Of a stretch of 64,000 nt of DNA, positions 44,582 to 58,200 are shown in pieces. A program made the translations under genes and the position numbers. How positions within the stretch are numbered: the stretch's first letter is position 1; every line of letters starts with the position of its first letter. The DNA lies in contig CM120641.1 in the NCBI GenBank assembly GCA_051362555.1, positions 45,762,401 to 45,826,400 of the forward strand, read 5' to 3'. The notes beneath the pieces are model-generated. The model saw nothing but the letters and a program-made list of their open reading frames with translations. It did no database searches and was not told where the DNA came from. Source of the DNA: Lingula anatina (taxonomy: Eukaryota; Animalia; Brachiopoda).

Positions 44582-46093
44582 CCCCATAGCGCCGGGAACC
44601 GCACATATGCGGTTCATTTTAAAAAGTCCTCAGTGCCGGGAACCGCATATACGCGGTTTCTGTGTTTACATGCTTGTACTGTCCCCTGTCTTTTGTAACA
44701 ATTCATGCTTCTATCACAAAACTAACTTAATGTTAGTTTTTTGTTTACTACCGGCTTTTGAAAGACGTGTAGCGAGAATTAAATAATGAAAATGCGGTTT
44801 ATTTCAATCATTGTCGAGGCCCTACGAAGTCATAATGGCGGCGAGAAGTCAGCAGAAGTTATGGGTTGAGAAATGTTTTAGATTTGTTAGAAAATTCAGA
44901 CTTCGGGAAGAGTCCTTGATAGATTTTGATACTCCGATAACTTCAAAGATGATGGAACTTTGCCGAGTATGAGTTGTCAGAGAGCAGATTCGGACGTGGG
45001 GCTTGATTTATGAAAAACGCTGATGATACTAACGGCAGTAACCAAGCAGACGACAATAGTAATTGGAATGGCTATATCGCTGATAAAATGACTGTAACCG
45101 TGGCAAGTCAGACTAAATGTTGCCTTGTGTGCTGCATCAACGTGTCTTTTCCTGCTTGTGTATTAATACAAATGTCATATGTTACGTTGAACTGCATCAA
45201 GATGTCTTTTCCTGCTTATGTCTAAGTACAAATGACATATGTTTACTTGTTTGCTGCATCAACATATGTCTTTTCCTGCTTGTGTGTAAATACAGATGTA
45301 ATATGTTTACTAGTGCGCTGTATCAACATATCTTTTCCTGCTTGTGTATTACAAATGCCAAATGTACAAATGCCACGTTTACTTGTATTTTTATGATGCA
45401 CTTTTTATTCACGAAAGTGTAATATTTGCTCATGATAATGTTTATATTCTTGTACATGGTTTGAGTGCTAAACAAAATTTTATGAGTATCCTGGTTCAGT
45501 TGATTAAAAAAACTATGAAAAACTATCTTAAAAAGCACTAAATTTACAGTCTTTTTGTAATTATTAAAGTAATTAGGTGGAAGTCTTCTAGTCAGCTAGC
45601 CTGCCTGTATATTGTGCAACTCTCTGACGTGATGCAAGTTTTTAGGTACAGCACGCATCCCAGAAAATTTATTAACAAAAACTAAAAAACTAAAACTCAA
45701 AAACTAAATAAGATATCTTTCTGAAATTTTCTGACATTGTTTAAGATATATTTCAAATGTTTATGAGAAAATTTCAACAAATTATTTGGTAAAGTGAAAA
45801 AGAATGTGCATGCTGAAATTAAAGTTTTGTTTTTTACTTCTCTTCGAGAAAAGCAAGTCTCATATTTAAACTCCTGCTATTTCTACCTAAGTTAACAAAT
45901 GTGAATAAAACTGATATGACTTTAAAGCTCACATTCTTGGCTTTTTAAAAATGTACAGTTTATAGGTGTTTTCTAAAGAAGTGAATACATTATCATCGAT
46001 TAAATGAGGCCGCCTGAAAAATTGAGTGCATCTGGGTAGAGGGCTCAGGACCAAGGGCACTTTCTAGGTCAGATGCTGCCAGGCTCTATGGGG
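44582..46093 (+). mobile_element. non-autonomous piggyBac-like element, 1.5 kb
   Basis: TTAA|CCCCATAGCGCC ... GGCTCTATGGGG|TTAA: 12-bp TIR with 1 mismatch and TTAA duplication. Two subterminal palindromic repeats gccgggaaccgca.ata.gcggtt. Confidence 0.8.
45117..45360. repeat. about 60-bp minisatellite x4 inside the piggyBac-like element
   Basis: Four copies of the core ctgcatcaa...tcttttcctgcttgtgt...acaaatg. Confidence 0.8.
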
Positions 46094-49004
46094 TTAACTG
46101 CTTATTAATCAAATAGTAATGTACCTAAATTTTCAGTATTTATTTTAGTAAGCACATTAGTTATGTAGTAATTAGTAATAATGACCAAATTAGCCCTATC
46201 TTTTTAAAATGTCCTGGATCCAGATGGTGATCTGGATCACCCCCAAAATCTGTTCACATCACCTCCTTGGTAAAAGTAATAAAGTATAATAGATATAGAA
46301 AGAGAGAGAAGTATTTATGTGTACTTTGAGTGAGGAGCTTATATATCTAAAAGCATTCAGATAAAATAAAGAGCAACAATATATTGACATTATGTAACAT
46401 TTCTATACACACAAAAAAGGATCTTTTCTGTAAGCTGTCAATATATATATATATTCCGATGCTGACCCATTTTTAGAATCAACTTGTAAACTATTTCAAT
46501 ATCATATAAAAATGTTTAAGACAAATTAGTTCTCATTAAAAAATGAGCAAGATATCTTGTCATTTTTCCCTGACAGCTGTTGCTGTTGAGAAAAAAAACC
46601 TGGTTGTTTGGTCCAACAAATAAGTATGTCCTCCTGACCTCGGCACACTTGACAGATGATAGATAGCCCAGCATATATTAAGTAAGATTGCAGTGCAGAT
46701 TATACTTGTACATCTTTAAGTATTGTAGGGGTTTTCCTTACTGAGGCTATCTCTGGCTGGCCATCATATGCAAGGGGTAGGGTTTGAAAAAAATTGAAAT
46801 AGAAAAAATTGGAACACGAAGTTGGTCTTTAAAAGTAATGTCTCCATCTTTTTGATGGGAAAATTGTGAATTTTACAGATACTGTATTCTTTTTAAGTCA
46901 TTAATTTTAACAATTAGAATATTCCTATGGAGTGATAGCAACAAAATTGAAAAGCAGGCTACCTTATAGTTCTGTTCTTTATAGTGAAAGCATCATAAAT
47001 GTTACCTAGAAATACATACATATTTTTACACATTATTTTTCCAAAATTATCTGAAAAATTGATAGGTTTTCCACATAAGAAAGACTGAGTCAATACCATA
47101 CTTTGATCCAGTCATACTTGTCTACGGAAATGAAAAAAATTTGCCTGTTTTATAAAAAAAAGAAATTGCTAATGTTTTAGACAGCAGTTTGTTTTAAAGA
47201 ATTGCTTTGAATGTATCTGAATTGAATTAGTCAAAAAAAAAAAAATCTGTTTAGAAGTTTGGACTTACGGTTGATCTGAAGACCCCCCCCCCCCCCCTCC
47301 ACCTTTTTTTTTTCTTTCCGACACCAGGCCCAAGCAGGAACTGACATATTGACAAATGAATAGTTACATTTTAACATGAATATTTATGTACCTTGTAGTT
47401 TTACAGACTGTTTTCTTGTAATTCATATATTTAATTACTGGTAAACCGCAACTCCTTGGGTCAGGTCCAAGTTTATTTTGAGGATAGTTTTTTTTAAACT
47501 GGGAGTAAAATTGTTTTGTACCACTTGTTGTAGTAGTTGTTGCCATGAATACGTCACCATTGTCCAAACCAACAGTCAGAAAATAGGGTTTTTAATGACA
47601 AAATTAAAAAAAATGGACTGAAAATTTGATTTAATATTCATTGTAGATAGAAAAAAGGTCTTAGAAATAAGGTGTTGGATAAGGACACAAGTACACAAAT
47701 GAAATAAAAGTCAGTTTAAGTCATGGTACTGATTCCATTACACATTTGTCTTCAAGTCCAGGCTTTGATGTCTTCCTCAATCTTTGTCAAGTTTCTAACT
47801 TCTGTCAGACATTTAGGAAAAAAACTAATGAACAAGAAATTAGAAATGGAAATTAAAAAATATGAAGGAATGCTTTGAATATTGATAATGGGGCTCTGTA
47901 TGAGCAAATTCATTATTGAATTTGATAAGCTCATGTGCTTTTTGTTACATGTATATTTTTCTGGATAATTTTTCATACAAAAAATTGCTATTTCTATTCA
48001 TTGAATAAACGCGAGATGCATAATTGGAAATAACTGGTTTGTATTTCTGTTAATAAAAGCAGTACTTAAAGCCCTCATGTTTTTAAACTTGATTTGATTC
48101 CTCGACTTCCCTTTCTTTGAATAATGCTCTCACTACAAATTCTTATAAAACAAGGATTGGATATGTTCTGCCTCTGATTAAGAAACTGGCAGAGGTCACA
48201 TTGTCTGTTGTCTTCTGCAGAGTGACATCTTTGTGCTGTGTTCTACTTCAAGATTACCAGTATTCTGCTCAAATGGACTATGTTTTTTCAAGGGCAGAAT
48301 TGAGTTTATTGAGTATAGACAATGATTATAATTTAGAGGTGTCAAGTGGTGGTTGGAGAAGGTATGGTAGGACTGTAAAAGAGATTTAGAGTTCTTTTTC
48401 TTTTGTTTTTTAAGATTAATGTTTTTCAAATATATACTATAATATTTTAAAAAACTTTCACTGCACTTACAAAAACCACAATGATGTTCTTGATATATTA
48501 ACTATATGATAAAATGGCCCAATTTTAGGTATTAGGTTCTTTTTGTGAAGCAGGCTGCTTTGCAGTTTTAAGTCTGAAAAGATGGCCTTTTGTCAAGTTG
48601 GACTGATGGTCCTGAATGAAATGTTTGGATGAAATAAGAAGAAATTGTTGTTTCTTCAATACAGATCTGTCATTATTATATATTTATAAAGATACTTGGA
48701 TGAAAGTTTGTCTCGTGAAAAAGTTTGTTTACAGAAAAAGATAAGTTGAACAATATTTTCAAACGAAAAGTAATAAAATGAGTTCTGAATCAGTTATATT
48801 GCTTTTTGTGTTTGAATCAGTTTGCCATTTTGTTTAATTATCCATGTATTATTATTTATTTTTATTTTTAATCTTTACACCTTACAGGAAATAAAGAAGG
48901 GATGATTTCAACTCAAGATGCTACAGAAGTGAAAAGAAAAAACTTCATGTTTTATACCTGATTTATTTGCTAGTACTTACAATTTTAATAATTACTCATT
49001 ACAG

Positions 49005-49246
49005 CATACTGGAAATAAGGAAGGAACGATCACGAGATGCTGCACGCTCCAGACGTGGGAAAGAGAACTTCGAGTTTTACGAGTTGGCAAAGATGTTGCC
49101 GCTCCCGGGTGCCATCACTGGCCAGCTGGACAAGGCCTCCATTATCCGCCTCACCATCAGTTATCTCAAGCTGCGGGACTTCTCCAGCCATGGTGATCCT
49201 CCGTGGAGCAGAGACGGACCACCACCCAATAAGACCATTGCAAAAG
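49005..49246 (+). CDS. NPAS3: bHLH exon
   Basis: cattacag|CATACTG...AAAG|gtgtgt; encodes [21 protein letters not shown]...[18 protein letters not shown]. Confidence 0.96.
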
Positions 49247-52200
49247 GTGTGTAGTGGGTTTCACAAAAAAATAGAAAAGGAAAAAATCAGGGAGAAATTA
49301 CTTACGAACTTGGCATTTGAAATTGCTTAAAGACAAGTGAGTGCCAAATATTTGATTTCCCTTGAAATTTTAATATTTTTCTTTACATCATTATATCTAA
49401 AACAATTCACAAGTATACCACATCTAAAACAGTTCACAGAATTACTATCCATCAATGCAATTTTGAGTTTTACATTTGTAGCTTTTGCATCACTGTTGTT
49501 GTCAGGATGGAGACTGGTCAATTTCAGTCACCCATGGCATCAAGAATAAGACATTTAGAACTCAAAAAGGGGTTTTCAGAGAATAATTTTCTCAATGGTT
49601 TTGGATAAGATGTACTTTGGTGATTAAGGGAAAATTGTTGCTATATCCAGGAAAAAATTTCAATACATGCATCTTTTATTTTACAAATTCAAGAAGGTAA
49701 GAAATTCATGCCCCGCCAGATGTGACTTAAATACTGAACATTGATTGACCAGATCCAGGAAAACCAGACATAAATGCCAAAGCCAGCAATTATCAGATTT
49801 TAACTTAACCCTTACACTGGTATGAGTTACAATTAATAATAATAATAAGAAGAAGAAGAAGAACAGAAACAACAAAAACAACGACAACAACAACAATATT
49901 GATTTATTTTGATTTATCCTTGATCAGTTTTCATAAGACCAGAGGCAGTTTGAATAACTGCTAATATGAAGGTTCAGATTTTCACCATCAGCAGAAACTG
50001 TCTACACAGTGACACCTCCTTTCTTGCATAGATATATCAAATTAAAAAAACCAGAGTTGGTGATTTCTGCAAATTGATGGTACGTGCAGTCTAGGCTTTA
50101 CTGTACCTGTTCCCCTTACATATCATACTATATACCTGATTTATTTAGAATAAACAAGGTTGCTTTGTTGGGCTGAAATCCAAGCCATGTTCCCTTTGAG
50201 TGTACAGCATAATAGATGATGGTTATACGGCAAAAATTTGGATTTTCCTGGAATTTTCAGCAATTTACTTATAAATTCCGAAGTACAGTGTATTTATGCA
50301 CTGAATCGTTCTTCAACAGTATATAAATTGTTTGTTATTTTTCTGTCATGACTATTCAGATTAAACAGGTACCTTTTTAGATATGCCGTATGGAAAGTTA
50401 ACTTACAGATTGATAAATGGCTGCATTTTTCATTAGAAAATAAAGAATTTAAATAAGAATGTGAAGAAAGTTAAATTTTAGAACAAATTCATTAAAGTAT
50501 TTTCTATGAACATCACTATCATCTTACGTGTCCATTAAAGAACAGAAAAATGCCCTCAGAACTTAGTATTCCTTACAAAAATATTCACTAGGACATCCTG
50601 TGTGACTCTATGGGACACTTAAGGATACTTTAAGGACTCTGTACAAGTCCTAAAGGCCTCTATAGGATATGTGTACAGCACCCCAGACTGATATAAACAT
50701 ACAGTAGCTTGTAGCCACTTACGATGTCAAAAAATCACACAGTAAATGGTATATAATTTCAACATACTGCACCTGTGGCAAATGTTATTAATACAAGCCG
50801 TATCTGATAATACGTAGACAGCAAAACTCCATTCATCTATTGTCTTGTTGTTATCTTTAGCATAATGTCTAGAATTTTTCTATAACAATTTTTTGTTACA
50901 TGTATAGTTTACAACAACAACTTTTTATTCATTTTTATTGAAAAAGGATATATTGTTGAATACAGATATTATATGATATTGGATTTGGTTAATTATTCAA
51001 AAAATTTAATTGAAAGTATTCTTGTGATGTGTTTTGTAGGAAATCAGAGTCGAAGACGAAGTATGTCGGCAGTTGCCATGGAAATATTCGAAACCAGCCA
51101 AGGCTCACATATTTTACAGGCAAATATTAAAGCCAAACTCATTTTAGGATAGTATTATGTAATCCTATAAAAAATGACAACAGCTGTGTTCAACACTCAG
51201 TTACTGTAATGGTACTTTCTTTGATCAACAGCTGAAATCAGATTTTTTTTCTCCAATATTACTCTGTGTGTGTGATGTTAATATTAGAAAAAATCTGATA
51301 TGTAGACTGTACATGGTAGAAGCTTTTTATGGAAATTTTTTTTCTTTTTTTTTTTGGCTGGCAAGTACTATAATCATGTGTAATTTTATATAGCAAATGA
51401 TGATTTTACTAAATCTTTTGGAAACCAGTGAAAATGAATACGAAAAATTTAAGATGTAAATTATATATGTTTAGATTTTTGTTTTAGTCAATAAGCTCGA
51501 AAAATATGTGTCCAATAAAAAGTCTACCCAAGGTTAATAAGGAAAAAAAAAACAAAAAAAAAAACACTAATTTTTAACTGATCTTCAGTTACAGCAACAA
51601 TATAATTAATATATTGTTTTTCTGATTTCGCCATTTCCATGACATTTAACCTTTTTTATATCCAATTGATAAATTTAATAAGTCCTAAAGTTGCAAAATC
51701 TAACATATACTGAATATTACATTTATTATAGACTTTTACATTACAGTCCCTGGATGGTTTTGGTTTTTCTTTAACAAATGATGGAAGATTTCTCTATATA
51801 TCAGAAACCGTTTCCATTTATCTGGGGCTCTCACAGGTAAGATGCTCCATCATGATGTTACTTCATTTACCACTATGTAGCATTATTAATAGGAAGGTTG
51901 AAGAAAGGACATAAAACAGGTTTTCAAAAATGAAAGTTGCTTTTCAAAAATGAAAGTTGCTGTAGTTTTTAAAAGAAAGAATATTCATGAAAAATTGATC
52001 CCTATCACTGAGAGTCTTGTAGAGGTTTTTTTTTTTCTCACATCAACTGACATCTACATTAGTTCTCTGTATCTATGTATCAGGTGGAGATGACAGGCAG
52101 CAGCATCTTTGATTACATACACCAGCAGGATCACTCTGAGCTCTCAGATCAGTTTGGTCTCAATCCACCACAAGGAACGCCCTCTGGTGGCTCCACATCA

Positions 52201-55200
52201 GACGACTCATCTTCCACTGCAGGGACGCCAACCATAACTTCTCCCTTACATGAACGAGGTATGCAGGGGGAATGAATTGAAACAAAATTGTTAAGATTAA
52301 TTGTCAGTCATCCAAAATACAATATTTTTGTAATTCAGTGTAAATTAGTTATTATCAGAATGTATATTCAACCCAAATATCAAGAAACATCTTCATATCA
52401 TCTAAAATAAAGACCACATCACAATTATTCTGAGCTTATTTTAAAGCAATTCTTTTTTGATTATCTCTTTTTAAATTAAAAGTTGATTTCACCCTAATAT
52501 CAGTAGATATCTTACTTCATTTAGAATATAAGAACATCAGTAATTGAGCCTGAAAGCATTTCAGCAGAAGTATTACAGCAAATGTTATAATCTTATCTCT
52601 GTATCTTTTCCAGCTGGTATCATGACCCCTAACCTAAGCAAAGGTTTTGACAGATCCTTCAGTATTCGTATGAAATCCACACTAACTAAGAGAGGTGTAC
52701 ATGTTAAAACATCTGGATATAGAGTAAGAATGTGTTATGATTGAAAAGCAAAAGGAAAAAAATTGTCACGTTGCAAGTTTTGTTCCATCTCTTATGTCTT
52801 GTTAATTTAGATTTGTAATATTTTTGTTGGTTTGCAGTACATCCAGATGAAGTCATTTGCTTCTCATAACTTCACATAAGAGACTTCATCTTTCAAAGCC
52901 GAAGAAATCTGATAAAGTGCATTTTCGATTCATTAATTTGTTTGCTGGTGGTACACAGTACAAGTAGTGCCACACACCTCTCTCTTCTACCATTCATTTG
53001 TTGTCAAAAATCACTGCAATATACTTATGCGTACTTCAATATGTTTTTTTTTTTTACCTACTTAATTTTGTAGTAAAAATAATTGCTGCTTTCTGACTTA
53101 ATGAATTCCAATGTCATAAAAATGCTGTTTTTTTCACCAGGTAGTCCATATACTTGCTCATATGCGGCCACAGTTCAGTTTCTCCGTTAATAGGAAGCAT
53201 CCCCCGCACCTTATTGGAATTGTTGGCATAGCACTGGCGCTGCCACCTCCAACTATAAGTGAATTACGGATGGAGAACGACACATTTGTGACGAGACTTG
53301 GTTTAGACTTTACTGTTTCTTATTGTGAACCAAAGTAAGTGGAGCAAAAAGTAGAATGTGTACAACTTCATTGTGAATATTATTTTCATAGTACAGATTT
53401 TCTTTTACAGTTTTTCAATATCGTTCTTGCTACTTGTCACTAATTATGGCCTTTGAACAAACTTCAAGGTGTTTTTGAAATTTATTAAATTTGGACATTT
53501 GACTTTTAAGATGTGTTGATGTTTATAACTCGTGTAGTGACACTGTTTACTCTGCTCTGGACTCTCCCTGGAATAGCAAGATCTGGATGTTTTTAACTAA
53601 ATCAAATTTTAGCTTATTTCTAAATCTTAAACAGTGGTACATTTGGCAAAAAAGGGTAAATATATTACCTCTTCCTTAACCAATTTGAACATTTGGCTAA
53701 AATTTAGTGTCTAGAGAGAGTCCAGCTGTTAACTCTGTGGGTATTTTTCACAGTTTTATTGTTTTTGGATCTCTATCACAAGTTCAGTCTAATGTATTAT
53801 ATGTATTATATTATAGTCACAGCATCAGTAAAAATTGCCATAACAGTAAATACACATTTACAAAAATCAAAATCATGTTTTCACACTTGTAATCATTAAA
53901 ACAATAATATTAATAATTATAACAAAAAATATAATGTAACAGTTATATTGTACAGAATAATACTTACATTGCTTCATGTCTACAAGAGATATCAAATACA
54001 TTTTCAAGAACTACATTAAAATTGAAATTAAGTTTTATACAGAAAAAAAAAAATATTCAGATTTATTTTTGCTCAATTATTTCCAGAATTAGTGAATTGA
54101 TGAACATATCTCCAGATGATCTCAACAACAGGAGTCTTTATGATTTCATTCATGCAGAAGATTTGAAGAGGATTCGGAAATCTCATGTAGATTGTGAGTG
54201 CAACAGTTGCAGTACAGTGTTAGCATGATGTATACCAGCTTCTTCATTTCTAATTTTCCATACAAACCCCCCTTTATTGTGTCTTAACTTCAACAACATT
54301 TGATAGAATTTTACCATACCAATCAGACGTTAGACCCATCTATTAACTTAGAGCCAGTTCACAATGAATTTATCGACCTAGATATTGCCACACCAACTCC
54401 GCAAGGACTCTCACTTATTAACATGCAAACTCCTGGCATTGAGAACAATACAGAAAAGTTGGTGCTGATATGAGTTTGTTGGAAACAAGGAGGCCTTACT
54501 CTGATTGCATTCAGCTAGAGTCCCCCTGGAGTTAGTGCACAGTAGCTGGTGCAATTGATTTATTGTGAATGGGCCCTTAGCCCTGTGCCCTAGCATCCAG
54601 ATATAAAACTGGATACACATTGGTGCTTGGCACAATGAACTGCAATAACACTTACCACTGATTGTCAGCGTAAAAAGAGTGCACGAATGGAGGTTTAAAT
54701 ATGAAGAAGCTGTCAATATGGATCCAGCTGTCAATATGGTTAATATGGATCCATCACATTATTTACTGAAGATTTTCTTTTTCGCATTTTGAAATAATTT
54801 TGTACTTTTTGTGAGTTTTTTTGTGAAAACATTGTTCTTGTTCTGTTTTTTAAATTGCACACATGAATATAATATGTACAAAAAGCATTTTATTACTTTG
54901 TGGTAATTAATATACAGAAATATGTTAGTTTACAGAATATCAAGCAGTTCCGTATGCCATTTGGGTATTCATTCATTTATTGCCCTTTGGCCTATATGCT
55001 GCAGGCTACAATTGTTAAAATATGAGGTGAAGGTGTCACCAAGTGTTAAAGGACAACCTTGTTTATTGTCACATCTCCAGATTTTCTTCTTTGTTTTGAA
55101 AAAGGGCAATGACCTGGCAACAAAATTATAATTTCCATGTGAATAAGGTGTGGCCTGACCTGTGTTTGTTATATTTGAAGTGCATTCTAAGCTGGAGCTG

Positions 55201-58200
55201 GGGTCTGGTTCTCAGTTTGGGGCTAAAATTTCAGTCCACTAGGACTTCGATAAATTGCATTTCACAAAGATTCTAAATGTCACAGACCTCTTCTCTTTCT
55301 GAACTAAGACCCTTGAGCAAGTGATTGTCGTGACAGAAGTTGACACTCTCTGGGGTGTCAGTTGCCTAGTTGGGTATGTCACTTAGTACATTTATCGTGG
55401 GCAAATCACTCACGTAAGACTTCAAGTCAAAGTGGAAAGTCAACTTAGTGTAGTCAGCCACCCAATGTTAACAACCTTACCTCAGCCCAAGAACTAAGAT
55501 TTATTGTGAAAGGGACCCCATGTGATGAACTTAAGATTTGAATTGGCTTGTGTTTAAATATATAATAAAAGGGATCCCCCCCCCCCCCTCCATTCCCTCT
55601 TTCACTTCATGTTTTTGACAGTTTCAAATGACACAGTTAATAATTCTGGTTGAAGAAAAGGAAAAAAAAATGATATAAAAATGTTGTCAGTTAGAATTGT
55701 AACTTTGGCTCAGAAGTTACTGTTGATGGCAAGCTTTTCAGTTGTCCAGGCAGTAGAAGAAAGATGTAATAAGAAGTATTTTGGTGAAGACTCTCATTAA
55801 CTATGTCTGTTTCGCAATATTTATTAATTAATTTGTTGGTTTGTTGGTTGGTTAATCCACTGCATATGTTATGCCATATGAAAAACATTACATAACAATA
55901 TACAACTTTTTCTTTTCCAGGAATTTTTATGTTTCATTATTAATTACCATCATTCCTGTCTAGTGCATGTGAAATTATGTAACATAAAATCTACTGAAAC
56001 TTTCAATGTCTGCTGTTTCCAGTATTGTCAAAAGGCCAGGTGTTGACAGACTACTACCGTATGCTGAACAAACATGGTGGCTACGTATGGGTGCAGACAT
56101 GTGCGATGATGATACTGAATAAGAATGATGAAGTTATCAGCACCATCATCGGAGTCAATACGGTATTAAGGTAATCAGATTGCCAAGACTGTTTCTAGTA
56201 ATGATCCTAGCATGAAGATATTTTTTTCTGTCATAGATAAGATTGAATTGGTTTACATCATATTGCTAATATTTAATGAGACCTTGACTATCCCAGTATC
56301 TGTTTGTGACTGTTAGCTACTGAAGTGAAATAATAATTTAGAAACAACCTTGTCTTAAATAGAGATGGAGACTGATGGATTTCACTTGAAACAGTATAAA
56401 AAGAAAATTTAGAAACTGGGTAATAGACTTATTTTCCTAGTAGTTTTGAAAATATACCCTGGTGATTAAAGGGAAAACTGTCGACATTTCCAGGAGCTTT
56501 TTTTTTTTGTATAAATGTCAAACGCACATTATATGTTATAGAATTTTTAAGAACACCCTGTTACAAGAACTATGTGAAAACTGTAGAAACATTTCATTTG
56601 TAGTGGTATTGAGTATTCCAACTGCATCATGGACACCAGTCAGATGAAGACTGTCTTCACACCTGATCCTGACCAGTCTGACCACTCTGAAAATGACTCT
56701 GGATCTGATCAAGGTGGGCTTACAGTGTGTCCTTATTTCAACTGATTTACCTATATGTATATTTATATTTAGTATTTGAATGTTAAAAAAATTAAATTTT
56801 TAAAGATTTTAAAGTGAAGTTTACTTTGGCAATGATTAGCCAATTATGATGTTGAAAATGGCTAAAATTTGCAAAAAAAAAAAAAAAAAAAAAAGAGAGA
56901 ATAACCATCTATCATTACTAAACCTTATTGAATCTCGAGCTTATATTTTTGTTTAATTTTTGTATATTGTGTTATTGATTATATTTCATGCATTTGAATA
57001 AAAAAAATCTTATCTGCATTTTCAGACCCTGGCAAAAATGGAGAAAAAGATACTCCCAGTTTAGAACCTTCCGTAGTTCCTCATGGCACGGTGGCCTCTT
57101 CTAGTGCTAACAGGAATGGCAGTCGCCAGGCTTCATCAACTGGGAAAAGTCATTCTTCTAGTCATGAAACACAGTCACCCGAGGCTGCACTAGAAAAGAT
57201 ATCAAACACAAAAGAGGTTGACATTTTATCTGAGGATGTATTTTTTGAAGATTCAAATAAAACAGATACCAGAATTTCCAGGAGAAAACTAGACAAGCCT
57301 CGCAAGCGCAAGCGTTCGTTAGCTGATGAAATCCAGAGTCATCTTGATAAGTATTCAGGTACGGTTCAGAACAATACGAGACTTGATGAAAATGGTGCCC
57401 AAGGAACAGAGCAGATGCAAAAACAGGACAATGACTCTTCTGCTACTGAACAGTATCAAATGTCATCTGTTGCTTCAGATATGGACCAAAGTCCACCTGC
57501 AGAAGTTGCTGCACATATCCAATCTCCCATTCCAGAAGATTTAACCCTGAGACCAAGATCCAACCCCTTACAGTCCCCACCCCTACAGCCCAACACACCA
57601 GGTTCTGTGGCAAATAGCACCAAAAGTTCTGAGAACTTTAAGTCAACACAGCAGACATTGCAAAGTCCCTTCTCTGACCAAGATGAAAATGGTGGAAATG
57701 CAGTACGTGATCTCGAGAAAGCCATGAACAAACATCTACCTACGGATGGAGATGGTTTCCACAACGACATGTCATCCATTACACAATCCGGTGCCTTGCC
57801 ATCAAAACAGCAGCAACAGCAGCAACAACAACAACAGCAGGTAAAGTTACAACAACAACAACAACAGCAGCAGCAACAGCAGCAGCAAAAATCCACAATC
57901 CAGTGGATAGGTTCTCAGCCTTCTGGTGTTGCATCCAATCTCCCAGCATCCAGTTTACTACGTCATATTTATGCCAATAGGGAATCCGTTATTCGGCCAA
58001 ATATTTACACGCCCAGGCCGCCATTCTATGGGGACAATGTCCTCCAGGGGGCAACGATGCTAACTCCCCCTGGTGAGGGAGCCTACAAGGAACAGCCATC
58101 TTTTAGTCTGGTACCGTTTCCTGCCAGCTCTGTTCAGGTGCCAACATCCTATGGCCTAATGGCAAACTATACTAACAATCACCCCCTGCCCCCTGGGGGT

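Noticed and set aside
46213-46280. GGATCCAGATGGTGATCTGGATCAC...CCTCCTTGG fragment resembling another HINE-like repeat
   Set aside because: Single short fragment; family assignment rests on memory only.
4454-50530. Scattered TACGTG/CACGTA sites suggesting Trh-ARNT autoregulation
   Set aside because: The number seen is not obviously above chance for 64 kb and the sites are not clustered.
57456-57896. Minus-strand poly-Cys ORF (146 aa)
   Set aside because: Antisense reading of the CAG/CAA polyQ tract.
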